From Octopus vulgaris (lineage: Eukaryota), in NCBI GenBank assembly GCA_951406725.2, contig OX597842.1:2914001-2978000 (forward strand): a DNA stretch of 64,000 nucleotides, in the 5' to 3' direction. The position numbers and the translations under genes were made by a program. Below the pieces are notes generated by a model. It made no database searches, was not told the origin of the DNA, and saw only the letters and a program-made list of their open reading frames with translations. Shown one piece after another: positions 50,959 to 63,819 of the stretch. Every line of letters starts with the position of its first letter. The first letter of the stretch is position 1.

Positions 50959-51021
<63 letters not shown>

Positions 51022-51314
51022 CAGGTTTGCAATGTATGGGTTGGCTCTGGTTTATAGGGGACAGCACTTTCCCAAATGCACACAGTAGGGTTGAGCCTGA
51101 AACCCCATGTTTGCAAAGTGAGCTTCTTATCTCTATACAGCCAGGTCTGCTCCCACAGTTACAGAACAAAACATATTTCTCAGACATCATAACCTTGAGA
51201 GAAAGCAATTTCAAAATTCTGAAAGACATTTTTAAAAGTATGCAAGCAGCAGACATTCTCCAAGTTCCCATCCAATGTTCGTACGTTTGAGATATGCCAA
51301 GATACGCGTAAATT

Positions 51315-51369
<55 letters not shown>

Positions 51370-51398
51370 ACGCACACACACACACACCTATATATACA

Positions 51399-51447
<49 letters not shown>

Positions 51448-51579
51448 GATGGATAGATACACACGTCTATAGATACATACACACATTTATATATATTTAG
51501 ATATATATACACATACACACGTACATCTATAGGAATCTCTTTCTCATACTCTCTCGTATATGTGTGTATGTTTATATAT

Positions 51580-51985
51580 TCTTTTGCTTCTTTCAGTAAT
51601 TTGACTGCAGCAATGCTGGAGCACCACCTTAAGGGATTTTAGTTGAACAAATCGACCCCAGGGCTTATCCTTTGTAAACCTAGTACTTATTCAATCATTC
51701 TCTTTGCCAAACCACTAAGTCACAGGGACATAAGCACACCAGCATCGGTTGTCAAGCGATGATGGGGGGACAAACACAGACACAAACACACAAATATATG
51801 CACACACATACACACACACACACACATACATACACACACGCATACACACACATATATATATGATGAGATTCTTTCAGTTTCCGTCTACCAAATCTACTCA
51901 CAAGGATTTGGTTGGCCCTAGGCTTTAATAGAAAGATACTTGCCCAAAGTGACATGCAGTGAGACTGAACCGGCAACCATGTACG
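51580..51985 (-). mobile_element. SINE family A (diverged)
   Basis: Match to family A. Confidence 0.8.
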
Positions 51986-52552
51986 TATACATTTATATGA
52001 AAATTCTATTTTAGTTTTTTCTCTCATTCTTGGGGCTCATATTCTTTAAGGGGACTATTTCTGTTTCCAGTTGTGAGTTCCCAAATTCAATTATCTTTAT
52101 CTCTGATATTGAGTTTGGTAACACAAACTGGAAAGAATGCTTAGCTGTATTTTGTCTGCCATTACGTTCTGAGTTCAAATTTCGCCGAGGTCGACTTTGC
52201 CTTTCATCCTTTTGGGGTCGATTAAGTACCAGTTATGCACTGGAGTCTTAATCCCTTTGTCTGCCCTTGTTTGTCCCCTCTATGTTTAGCCGCTTGTGGG
52301 CAATAAAGAAATAAGAAACAAACAGAAAAGAACTCAAAACACTACTATCTTTCATCTTTTGTCTTTTACTTAATTCTGTCATTCAGCTATGGCCATGCTG
52401 GGGCACCACATTCAAAGGTTTTAGCCAAACAAATCGACCCCAGCATGTATTTTTTAAAACTAGTTCTTATTCTCTTGGACTCCTTTAACCAAACCACTAA
52501 GATACAATGGTGGGGGACAAACACAGGCACAAAAACTCACACACAGATATAT

Positions 52553-54610
52553 AAGTGGCTGTATGGTAAGAAGCTTGTTTCTCAAATACATGGTTCTGGG
52601 TTCAGTCCCACTGTGTGGCACTTTGGACAAGTGTCTTCTACTATAGCCTTAGGCCAACCAAAGCCTTGTGAGAAATACTTAGGTGCAGGAGTGGCTGTGT
52701 GTTAAGCAGCTTGTTTACCAACCACATGGTTCTGGGTTCAGTCCCACTGCATGGCACTTTGGGCAAGTGTCTTCTACTATAGCCTCAGGCCGACCAAAGC
52801 CTTGTGAGAAATACTTAGGTGCAGGAGTGGCTGTGTGTTAAGCAGCTTGTTTACCAACCACATGGTTCTGGGTTCAGTCCCACTGCATGGCACTTTGGGC
52901 AAGTGTCTTCTACTATAGCCTCAGGCCGACCAAAGCCTTGTGAGAAATACTTAGGTGCAGGAGTGGCTGTGTGTTAAGCAGCTTGTTTACCAACCACATG
53001 GTTCTGGGTTCAGTCCCACTGCATGGCACTTTGGGCAAGTGTCTTCTACTATAGCCTCAGGCCGACCAAAGCCTTGTGAGAAATACTTAGGTGCAGGAGT
53101 GGCTGTGTGTTAAGCAGCTTGTTTACCAACCACATGGTTCTGGGTTCAGTCCCACTGCATGGCACTTTGGGCAAGTGTCTTCTACTATAGCCTCTGGCCG
53201 ACCAAAGCCTTGTGAGAAATACTTAGGTGCAGGAGTGGCTGTGTGTTAAGCAGCTTGTTTACCAACCACATGGTTCTGGGTTCAGTCCCACTGTGTGGCA
53301 CTTTGGGCAAGTGTCTTCTACTATAGCCTTAGGCCAACCAAAGCCTTGTGAGAAATACTTAGGTGCAGGAGTGGCTGTGTGTTAAGCAGCTTGTTTACCA
53401 ACCACATGGTTCTGGGTTCAGTCCCACTGCATGGTACTTTGGGCAAGTGTCTTCTACTATAGCCTCAGGCCGACCAAAGCCTTGTGAGAAATACTTAGGT
53501 GCAGGAGTGGCTGTGTGTTAAGCAGCTTGTTTACCAACCACATGGTTCTGGGTTCAGTCCCACTGCATGGCACTTTGGGCAAGTGTCTTCTACTATAGCC
53601 TCAGGCCGACCAAAGCCTTGTGAGAAATACTTAGGTGCAGGAGTGGCTGTGTGTTAAGCAGCTTGTTTACCAACCACATGGTTCTGGGTTCAGTCCCCCT
53701 GCATGGCACTTTGGGCAAGTGTCTTCTACTATAGCCTCAGGCCGACCAAAGCCTTGTGAGAAATACTTAGGTGCAGGAGTGGCTGTGTGTTAAGCAGCTT
53801 GTTTACCAACCACATGGTTCTGGGTTCAGTCCCACTGCATGGCACTTTGGGCAAGTGTCTTCTACTATAGCCTCAGGCCGACCAAAGCCTTGTGAGAAAT
53901 ACTTAGGTGCAGGAGTGGCTGTGTGTTAAGCAGCTTGTTTACCAACCACATGGTTCTGGGTTCAGTCCCACTGCATGGCACTTTGGGCAAGTGTCTTCTA
54001 CTATAGCCTCAGGCCGACCAAAGCCTTGTGAGAAATACTTAGGTGCAGGAGTGGCTGTGTGTTAAGCAGCTTGTTTACCAACCACATGGTTCTGGGTTCA
54101 GTCCCACTGCATGGCACTTTGGGCAAGTGTCTTCTACTATAGCCTCAGGCCGACCAAAGCCTTGTGAGAAATACTTAGGTGCAGGAGTGGTGTGTGTTAA
54201 GCAGCTTGTTTACCAACCACATGGTTCTGGGTTCAGTCCCACTGTGTGGCACTTTGGGCAAGTGTCTTCTACTATAGCCTCAGGCCGACCAAAGCCTTGT
54301 GAGAAATACTTAGGTGCAGGAGTGGCTGTGTGTTAAGCAGCTTGTTTACCAACCACATGGTTCTGGGTTCAGTCCCACTGCATGGCACTTTGGGCAAGTG
54401 TCTTCTACTATAGCCTCAGGCCGACCAAAGCCTTGTGAGAAATACTTAGGTGCAGGAGTGGCTGTGTGTTAAGCAGCTTGTTTACCAACCACATGGTTCA
54501 GGGTTCAGTCCCACTGTGTGGCACTTTGGACAAGTGTCTTCTACTATAGCCTTGGGCCGACCAAAGCATTGTGAGTGGATATGGTGGACAAAAATTGAAA
54601 GAAACCCATT
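52553..54610 (+). repeat. Tandem array of SINE A tRNA-like heads, 136-bp period, about 15 units
   Basis: AGGTGCAGGAGTGG starts at 52681, 52817, 52953, 53089, 53225, 53361, 53497, 53633, 53769, 53905, 54041, 54177, 54312 and 54448; a diverged first unit starts at 52553; the last unit continues into the normal SINE body. Confidence 0.97.
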
Positions 54611-54650
54611 GTGTATGTATATATATATGTATGCATGTATGTATATATAG

Positions 54651-54923
54651 ATAAGGATAAGATCGTTAATTTAAAAATAAAATAACGATTTTATCAAGTG
54701 GTCAGCATGGGAAAAAATAACCTTCAAAGGTAATAATTATAAAATTATAAATTAGGATATCTACGAGATACCACCATGCTGAAAATAGCAGCCATGATCT
54801 GACTCTAAAACAACCATAATTGTCCATGTATCAACACGGAGATTATGGTGGTTTTAGAGTCAGATCATGGTTGCTATTTTCAGCATGGTGGTATCTCATC
54901 GATACCCTAATTTATAATTTTAT
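54651..54923. mobile_element. PLE-like insertion in (TA)n: ~82-bp inverted arms plus extension
   Basis: 54738-54820 is the reverse complement of 54842-54923; extension shares AGTGGTC(T)AGCAT with 9285-9297. Confidence 0.7.
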
Positions 54924-54937
54924 ATATATATATATAT

Positions 54938-55198
54938 AAATACAAAAATGGGACAAGAATGCAAAACATACAGAAAGTTAGGTGAAAAGAAAAAAGGAAA
55001 ACAAAATATCCAGACAGCCGATACAAGGAAAACAAAGACGGATTATTCAGGGTTTTCTATCCTCAGTCAAGTTCCAGATTATCTTTGTAATTTCGGCTGG
55101 TTCTCGACTGAGGATAGAAAACTCCAAATGATCCATCCTTGTTTTTCTTGTATTGTCTCTCTGGATGTTTTGCGTTCTTATCCCATTTTTGTATTTCT
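54938..55198. mobile_element. Inverted-arm insertion in (TA)n (family also at 22585-22732 and 36410-36497)
   Basis: 54938-55068 vs 55106-55196 inverted; arms start with CTGAGGATAGAAAACTCC (degenerate hammerhead-like core). Confidence 0.6.
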
Positions 55199-55551
55199 TA
55201 TATATAAAATATAGCAGCGTACATACACTTTGGTCTATACATATATACATATATATATATATGTATATATATATTTCAGCTATTTGACTGCGACCAAGCT
55301 AGACCACTGCCCTTAGTCGAAAAAATTGACCTCATGTCTTATTCTTTGTAAACCTAGTGCTTATCCTATCGGTCATTTTGCCAAACCACTAAGTTACAGG
55401 GATGTAAACACACCAACATCGGTTGTCAAGTGATGGTGTTAGAGACAAACATAGTCACACAAACACACACACACACATATATATATATATGCATATATAC
55501 ATACGTATACGTACATACTTACATCTATACGTATATATACATATGCATATG

Positions 55552-55990
55552 TCGGTACAGGATGTCACAAAACATAAACAACAAAAAATAAGTACAAGGA
55601 CATGAAATAAGGGCTTTTTTTGCAAGCAACAACGAGAGAAAAATGGAAAACAAGACAAGCAACACAAGGAACGACCCTTCATCAGTTGTCGGCCGTTAAT
55701 CTATTCTGTATTTCAAGCAATTCATGACGAGATACGCCTTCGATAAAACAGTTGCTCCCGCAAAGCAAATTAAATAAAATTCGCGATCATGCGGAGGGAC
55801 AAGATGGTGACAAAAACAGGACAGTGAAAACAAGCAAGAAGGGCTGTTAAGCCTAGACAAGATTGTGGTGGTGAACATGAAGAAACAAGCCTGGACAGGA
55901 GACAGAGAACAGTACGTCTTCACTGTTGAGCTGAAGCAGGAAGAAAGAAAGAAAAACACAAGTTAGGAGAACAGCCGGTGGTCACATGGG
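55552..55990 (-). mobile_element. Unclassified TA-adjacent repeat (second copy 58563-58920) splitting a SINE A
   Basis: Shared GGTACAGGA...CAACACAAGGAA..CCCTTCWTCAGTTGTC...CCCGCAAAGCAAATTAAATAAAATT...AACAGGACAGTGA. Confidence 0.65.
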
Positions 55991-56344
55991 GGCCACGTGA
56001 GGCTACAGTAGAAGACACTTGCCAAATGTGCCATGCAGCGGGAGTGAACCCAGAATTATGTTGTTGGTAAGCAAGATACTTACTACACAGCCACTCATGT
56101 GCCTATATATATAATTTATTTCACAGAAACTGTGAGGAAGCCCATTTTATATATATATATATATATAAATTAAATTAGAAATAAAACCACTATTAGGCAA
56201 ATCAAACAGTGAAGACATAAATCAAAATATAGAAATAAAAATAATTAATATAATATATAAGATATATAAAATACAAAATACAAAATTCAAAATATAAATT
56301 TCATCATCATCATTATCATCATCGTTTAGCGTCCGTTTTCCAGT

Positions 56345-56737
56345 GCCTGTGTGGTGTAGCTTGCTAACCAACCACATGGTTCTGGGTTCAGTCCCACTGC
56401 GTGGCATCTTGGGCAAGTGTATTCTGCTATAGCCCCGGGCCGACCAATGCCTTGTGAGTGGATTTGGTAGACGGAAACTGAAAGAAGCCTGTCGTATATA
56501 TGTATATATATGTGTATGTGTTTGTGTGTTTGTGTTTGTCTCCCTAGCATTGCTCGACAACTGATGCTGGTGTGTTTACGTCCCCGTCACTTAGTGGTTC
56601 GGCAAAAAGAGACTGATAGAATAAGTACTGGGCTTACAAAGAATAAGTCCCGGGGTCGATTTGCTCGACTAAAGGCGGTGCTCCAGCATGGCCGCAGTCA
56701 AATGACTGAAACAAGTAAAAGAGAGAAAAAAGAGAGT
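56345..56737 (+). mobile_element. SINE family A
   Basis: Near-full match. Confidence 0.9.
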
Positions 56738-57532
56738 AATATATATATATATTTTATTTTATTTTTATTATTTATTTATTTATTTATTTGTTTATTTAAT
56801 AATATATTTTAAAAATATATATAACTATCAAAAAGTATGAAAAGTTTAATATATATATATATGTATGTATGTATGTATGTACGTATGTATGTATGTATGT
56901 ACGTGTATATATATATATATAAAATGGGCTTCCTCACAGTTTCTGTAAAATAAATTCACTCCCATGGCATTGGTTAGCCTAGAACTAGAGTAGAAGACAC
57001 GTGCCCAAAGTGTCAGACATCTACTTGCATAGCAACCTCCTTAACTACAAGTGCATAGTAAAATTCTAAGTTCTTTGATTTCAAAAATTCCAACTTGTCT
57101 CTCAGAATTTCTCAGACTCTCTCAAACATTTTATTGCTTTTTAAGGACCAAATGATGAGTGCCAAAATTTCTGATTAGATAAAATTCAGTTTGTGCTGAA
57201 GTTCTATAAAGTTATCTGTCCTTTTAGAATCCTGTATATCTTTCTTAAGGTGCAGGTGTGGCTGTTGCTGTAAGAAGCTTGCTTCCCAACCATGTGGTTC
57301 TGGGTTCAGTCCCACTGCATGACACCTTCGGCAAGTGTCTTCTACTATAGCCCCAGGCCAACCAAAGCCTTGTGAGTGGATTTGGTAGACGGAAACGGAA
57401 AGAAGCCCATTGTATATATATGTATATATATAAAGTTAATCCAAACAAGAAAGCACAAAAAAACACAACAACGCAAGGACGTGGAACAAATATAGTATTA
57501 TTGGACGCTCAGGAAAGAAGGAAAGGAGGAGG

Positions 57533-57567
57533 GTTTAAGGTTTCGATTGGAGCTCTTCGTCGGAAAC
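57533..57567 (-). ncRNA. Compact hammerhead variant within an insertion (57433-57640) in the internal TA of a SINE A
   Basis: Minus: GTTT-CCGACGA-AGAGCTCCAATC-GAAAC-CTT^AAAC; stem I GTTT/AAAC. Confidence 0.5.
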
Positions 57568-57636
57568 ATAGGAAAAGGAAAGATCCAGAGAAGGGAAGAC
57601 AGAAGAAAAAAAATCGCCAATGGTACACACGCGGTC

Positions 57637-57679
<43 letters not shown>

Positions 57680-57691
57680 ATATATATATAC

Positions 57692-57726
<35 letters not shown>

Positions 57727-57904
57727 TTCTCCCATCATCGCTTGACAATTGATATTGGTGTGCTTATGTCCCCATAACTTAGCGGTTCAGCAAAAGAGAG
57801 CAACAGATTAAGTACTAGGCTGGGGACTGCTTGTTCGACTAAGGGCGGTGCCCCAACATGGCAACAGTCAAATGACTGAGACAAATACAAGAATATATAT
57901 ATTT

Positions 57905-58463
57905 CTTTTTCTTTTACTCTTTTATTTATTTCAGTCATTTGACTGTGGCCATGCTGGAGCACCGCCTTTAGTCAAGCAAACCAACCCCAGGAATTATTCT
58001 TTGTAAGCCTAGTACTTATCCTATCAGTCTCTCTTACCAAACCCCTAAGTTACGTGGACGTAAACACACCAGCATTGGTTGTTAAGCGATGTTGGGGGAC
58101 AAACGCAGACACACAAACATATACATACATATACATATGTATGTATATGTTTGTGTGTCTGTGTTTACGTCCACGTAACAGGGGTTTGGTAAGAGAGACT
58201 GATAGGATAAGTACTAGGCTTACAAAGAATAATTCCTGGGGTTGGTTTGCTTGACTAAAGGTGGTGCTCCATATATATATATGGTGCTCGTATATATATA
58301 TACGACAGGCTTCTTTCAGTTTCTGTCTACCAAATCCACTTACAAGGATATGGTCAGCCCAAGGCTATAGTAGAAGACACTTGCCCAAGGTGCCACACAG
58401 TGGGACTGAACCCGAAACCATGTGGTTGGTAAGCAAGCTTCTTACCACGCAGCCACTCCTGCT
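57905..58463 (-). mobile_element. SINE family A with an internal inverted self-duplication
   Basis: 58160-58271 is the reverse complement of 57955-58068, including private mutations. Confidence 0.85.
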
Positions 58464-58926
58464 TCTATATATATAAATAATAATATAAATAATATATAGA
58501 TATATGCATATATACATACATATATGTACATACCTACTTCTATATTATATATACATGCATATATGGGTACAGGACATCAAAAAAACGTGGAACACAACGA
58601 GAAACGAAAACTTAAAAACAGAAACATGGAAACGAACTTAACACAGTACAAGACATACAACACAAGGAATATTTCCCTTCTTCAGTTGTCCCTGTTTCGT
58701 CTACTCCACGTTTCGAAGGTAAGGACAAGATGCGACTTTGTTGAAACAGTCCTTCCCGCAAAGCAAATTAAATAAAATTTGGGATTTTTGGCGGAGGGTG
58801 AAAGTGGTAACAAGAACAGGACAGTGAGAACAAAACAAGACAGTAAAAACAATACAAGTAAAAACAGTAAAAGACAAAACAAAGAGAATAACACGATAAA
58901 AACGAACGATGAGAGCTCTTAAGCCA

Positions 58927-58976
<50 letters not shown>

Positions 58977-59074
58977 TTTTTTGCGGTTTTGAGTTTTAGC
59001 TGCTCTTTTCAAGTGAGTCGAACGACCTTCTCAGGGTCATTCCTTAATATTTTGTTGTATATATGTTTATATAT

Positions 59075-59108
<34 letters not shown>

Positions 59109-59587
59109 TCAATATAAAATATATTTTCCATCATTATAATATATATTTCATTTTAAAATTTCTTTTTCATTGTTTGTTGTTTGGTTCAGTTAGTAGTGTT
59201 ATAATGTGTGTGTGTGTGTGTGTGTGTATGCAGTTGTGTGTGCTTATATAAGCATGTGCTTGTGTTCGTGTGCTCTCAGATTTCATTGCAACATAGTGTA
59301 GCTAAAAATTCAGTGTGAGTATGGATATGTGTGTGTGTGTATGTGCATATATATATATATATATTTGTGTAGTGGTATATGTAGTGGCTGCCTTTCTCAT
59401 AGACAGGCAAAGCTTTTGCTAGAAAGAATCATTGAAATGAGTCATTGATAATGCAATGAGAGGCCCTCGTATTGCTCTTATCATGTCTACATATATAGCC
59501 ATAGATCCATGTATACACACATACATGCATATACACACACATATACACACACCCAAATACACACACACAGATACATAGTCATTCACA

Positions 59588-59643
<56 letters not shown>

Positions 59644-60404
59644 AAAACAATCATGCACACACATACGTACACACATCCACATATATACATATATACATAC
59701 ACACATACACACACACCCAAATACACACACACACAGAAATGGGAACTAACCAATTCCCTTCTTACATTTGGCAGTAATTAAAAAATCAAATTACATCCGA
59801 TGATAGGTTGGTCTTGGTGCTGATGTATACAGCTGGGTGTGTATATATCGACACAGAGGTCAAAGCCCGTATCTAGGTGTGTATATACAGAGTATACAGT
59901 TGCACTGTGTGTAGAAAAGGCCAAGAGAGGTTAGACGTATTACTGTGTGTATAGTTATGGTAGGGAAAGTTGATGTGTGTATAAAAAAATAGATGTTGGG
60001 TTTTATGTTGTGTGGATGTGTGTATATATGTGTTTAAATGTGTATGTGTGTGTTATGGGTGTATGTATGTGTATGGTGCCTCTACACCCTGTAAATATAC
60101 ATCAGGAGTTTAGTAAACTTTAAAAGCTGCTGAAGATGTGTATGTATATGTTGGTGTATATGTATGTATGTACGCTTTTATTTTCTATTTTTTTTACTTC
60201 TTTCAGTCATTTGACTGTTGTCATTCTGGAGCACTGCCCTGAAGGGCTTTTAGTCAAAGAAGCCGACCCCTGAACTCATTTTTTAAACCTAGTACTTATT
60301 CTACCAGTTACACACACAAATACACATATGCACACTCACAACATACATACATACATACATACATACATACATACAATACATACATACATACATACATACA
60401 TACA

Positions 60405-60436
<32 letters not shown>

Positions 60437-60900
60437 CGCACATCATAAGCAGTTTTCCGAAAATGTCATCAAGGTATTATCTACCGATGGCACATGATGT
60501 CATAGCTACGACACTCTATAATGAAATCAGTCGGAAGGATAATCTCGAAGACAAAGAAATAAAATCCCACAATATAGTAGAAGCCACAGCCAATCATAAT
60601 AAAAAGTAATACTGGGGGAATGTTCCAGTGAAGACCTCAATAAAATGTAAGCACAACAGGTCTGATATAATGATTTGGGATGGAGAAGAGAAACTGTGTA
60701 CAGTTGTGGAAATTAGTTGCCCAGTGGGAGTTAACATAAAGCTGAATGAAGATCAGTGAAAAAGAGAACACCTATGCTGAACTATTGCGAAATCTACAGT
60801 TACTCTATGTATGTTACAAGTCCAGGTTTATACCTGTAATTATTGAGGCCCTGGGATATGTAACACACTGCCTGAATACCAATCTTGAGAAATTAGGTTT
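60437..60900 (+). mobile_element. R4/Dong-like non-LTR element, restriction-like endonuclease domain fragment
   Basis: HIISSFPKMSSRYYLPMAHDVIA...YWGNVPVKTSIKCKHNRSDIMIWDGEEKLCTVVEISCP...EKENTYAELLRNLQ...FIPVIIEALGYV (CCHC end, RHD and NRPD-like motifs); preceded by (CATA)n at 60343-60436. Confidence 0.75.
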
Positions 60901-61283
60901 CTGAGTATCTGTGGTGTCTATTGTCCCTGTGTATCTGCCGCACATGGAAGCTATCTTCTCGGTTAATTTTCCTTTGATGTTGCTGCACCTCTTAGGTGTC
61001 CATAGCTTACACTGGGTACATCTTATGGAGTTTCTACCTACACCTTTTCTACAGATTGAGCAGGGCCACCTACCTAAGGGTGTGTGTGATGAGTTTGCCT
61101 TCCTATTTACTAGAACTTTGGTCTTTGCTACATTGACTCTAAGGCCTTTTGATTCTACACCATACTTCCACACCAGAAATTTCTTTTCTAGTTCCGGTAG
61201 TGATTCTACTATGAGGGCCAGGTCATCAGCATAGAGGAGCTCCCAGGGGCAACTCGCCTTGAATTCCTCTGTTATTGCCTGGC
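60897..61283 (-). mobile_element. RTE LINE RT fragment
   Basis: QAITEEFKASCPWELLYADDLALIVESLPELEKKF...GLRVNVAKTKVL...WPCSICRKGVGRNSIRCTQCKLWT. Confidence 0.9.
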
Positions 61284-61794
61284 AATAACAGAGGGAATAC
61301 ATTGAATAAAATCATAATTAACTGATTCACCTGTATTTTCTCTTACCCAAAGCCAGGAACTTTTCAGCACACTCTCATGTGTGTATATATTCATGTGTAT
61401 ATACATTTTTTTATTTGTGTGTGTGTATATATATATATACACACACACACTCAAAATCACCTCCTCATTGCCGCCACCACTCTCAAAGACTCTTTGACTT
61501 GCAATGCCACTGATGACTCTGCCAGTGTAGGTGTCAATGAAAAAGCACCCAGTTCACACTGTAAAGGGGTTAGCATTTGGAGTGCCACCAGCTGTGAAAA
61601 CCATGCCAAAACTGACCTCACTTGTGCTGGTGCCACATAGAAAGCATTCAGCCCACTCTACGAAGTGGTTGGCATTAGGAAGGGCATCCAGCCATAAAAA
61701 CCATGCCAAAACAGACACAGGCTCCTACCCGGCCAGCTCCTATCAAACCGTCCAACCCATTCCAGCATGGAAGGAGGACATTAAAAGATGATGA

Positions 61795-62190
61795 TCTTCT
61801 GGCTGAATTGTGGCCTCATGTACTTCACCATGCCTGGTTAGGTCACCAGCTGACTTGCAATTTTAGTCACACTCATCACAAATATGCCGTGCCTAATGTG
61901 GCAGCAGAACCATCTTGAAAACTGCTTGATTTCCTTCTAGTTCTTGTGAGTTTAAGTGGACGACCAATCCAGCTTTTGAGAGGAGGAACCATCCTCATAT
62001 ATTGTCCTTCATTTCCAGCTAGATTTCTGCTAGTTCTCCTTTTGAGTCTCGGTCATGAAGTTGGAGTGAATGCTTGAGTGTAGTGCGCTCCACTCGTTTT
62101 TGCTTATAGATGCCGCATCTAGGCCTGCCATTCTTTGTCTGTGATGCATAGTTTTCAGCCAACGCTTGCTAGTTATCCGTGTCTATCTAA
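61795..62190 (-). mobile_element. RTE-type LINE C-terminus with C2H2 finger
   Basis: Minus: IDTDN*QALAENYAS... and CDECD*NCKSAGDLTRHGEVH. Confidence 0.55.
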
Positions 62191-63788
62191 GAGCTTTAAG
62201 ATACATACACATATGTATATACACAAACATGCATACACACATACATGTGCATACATACACACAGTTACATACAGCTATACACACACATACATATACATAT
62301 AAGCTCACATATACACAAACATTCATACAAACGCTTATACATACATATATACACATACATATGCACACACATCCATACACACACATACATATACACACAC
62401 ATACTCATATACATAGATACATACATATATACAAACGCTCATATATATATATACATACATACATATACACACACATCCATACACACAGATACTCATATAC
62501 ATAGATACATACATACATACAAACGTTCATACATATACACACATCCATACGCACACATACATATACACACATTCTCATATACATAGATACATACATACAG
62601 ACATATATACACTCACAAACATGTACATTCATACATACATTCACACACATACATACCTGCACTTACATACACACACATACATACAAAGAAACGCATACCT
62701 AGACACACATACACACACGTATATATATATATATACACACACACGCTCAGCTCCTATTTCCACCCTGATCTCATAAAACAGCCACCCGACACTATTAACT
62801 TCTTATTAAGAAGGTCAACAGCCAGTCATCCGTATCCCTCCTCCATTCACAGTTACGACTCCCCATTGTAACTCGAACATCACTCTCCTTTGAAGGAGAC
62901 TCATTCAGTCATTTCATCTGTTTAAATTGATTTACATTGTTCAAATTCACTTTCAGAATCTGTGCCGTCGTCGTTTATAGACTCGTAATGTGCTTACGAT
63001 TGTGGTGTGTAACACTCGCTCTGTGCGCACGTGTATTGTTTTCGTTGTCTGCACACTAAACTTTTAACTTCTATCTTTCACTTGTTCCAGTCACTAGACC
63101 GTGGTCATGCTGGAGCACTGACTTGAAGTAGCATTTCAGTTGAACAAATTGACCCCAGTTATATATATATATATATATATAACTCCAAGAAAGTTAGGGG
63201 TTGTGAATCCAACCCACTAAGAGATAATATCTATCCAATATACTGTTGGTAGAATACCCAATTATTAATACACAAGTGTTTTTTATTGCATTGCAATCAC
63301 ATTGTACCTAGTGTACTAAATGAGTGAAGGTAAAGAGATATTTTATCATTTGCTATATATATATATATATATATCATCATCATCATCATCGTTTAATGTT
63401 CGCTTTCCATGCTAGCATGGGTTGGACAATTTGACTGAGGACAGGTGAACCAGATGGCTGCACCAGGCTCCAATCTGATCTGGTAGAGTTTCTACAGCCC
63501 TTCTTAACACCAACTACTCCAAGAGTGTAGTGGGTGCTTTTATGTGCCACTGGCACAAGGGCCAGTCAGACAGTACTGGCAACGGCCACACTCAAGTGGT
63601 GTTTTTTATGTGCCACCTGCACAGGAGCCAGTCCAGTGGCACTGGCAACATCCTCGCTCGAATGTTTTTCTCTTGCCACCGGCACAAGTGACACTAAGGC
63701 AACACTGGTAACGATCACGTTTGAATGGTGCTTTTTACGTGCCATGTATGTATGTAGGTATAGATATAGATATAGATATATATATGTA

Positions 63789-63819
<31 letters not shown>

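Noticed and set aside
52553-54610. CRISPR-like regular array
   Set aside because: The units are wholly repeated with no unique spacers, derive from a SINE head, and there are no cas genes in this eukaryotic context
60814-61302. 162-aa RT-like ORF as a gene
   Set aside because: It is a chimera of an RTE fragment and antisense R4-like sequence, truncated at both ends
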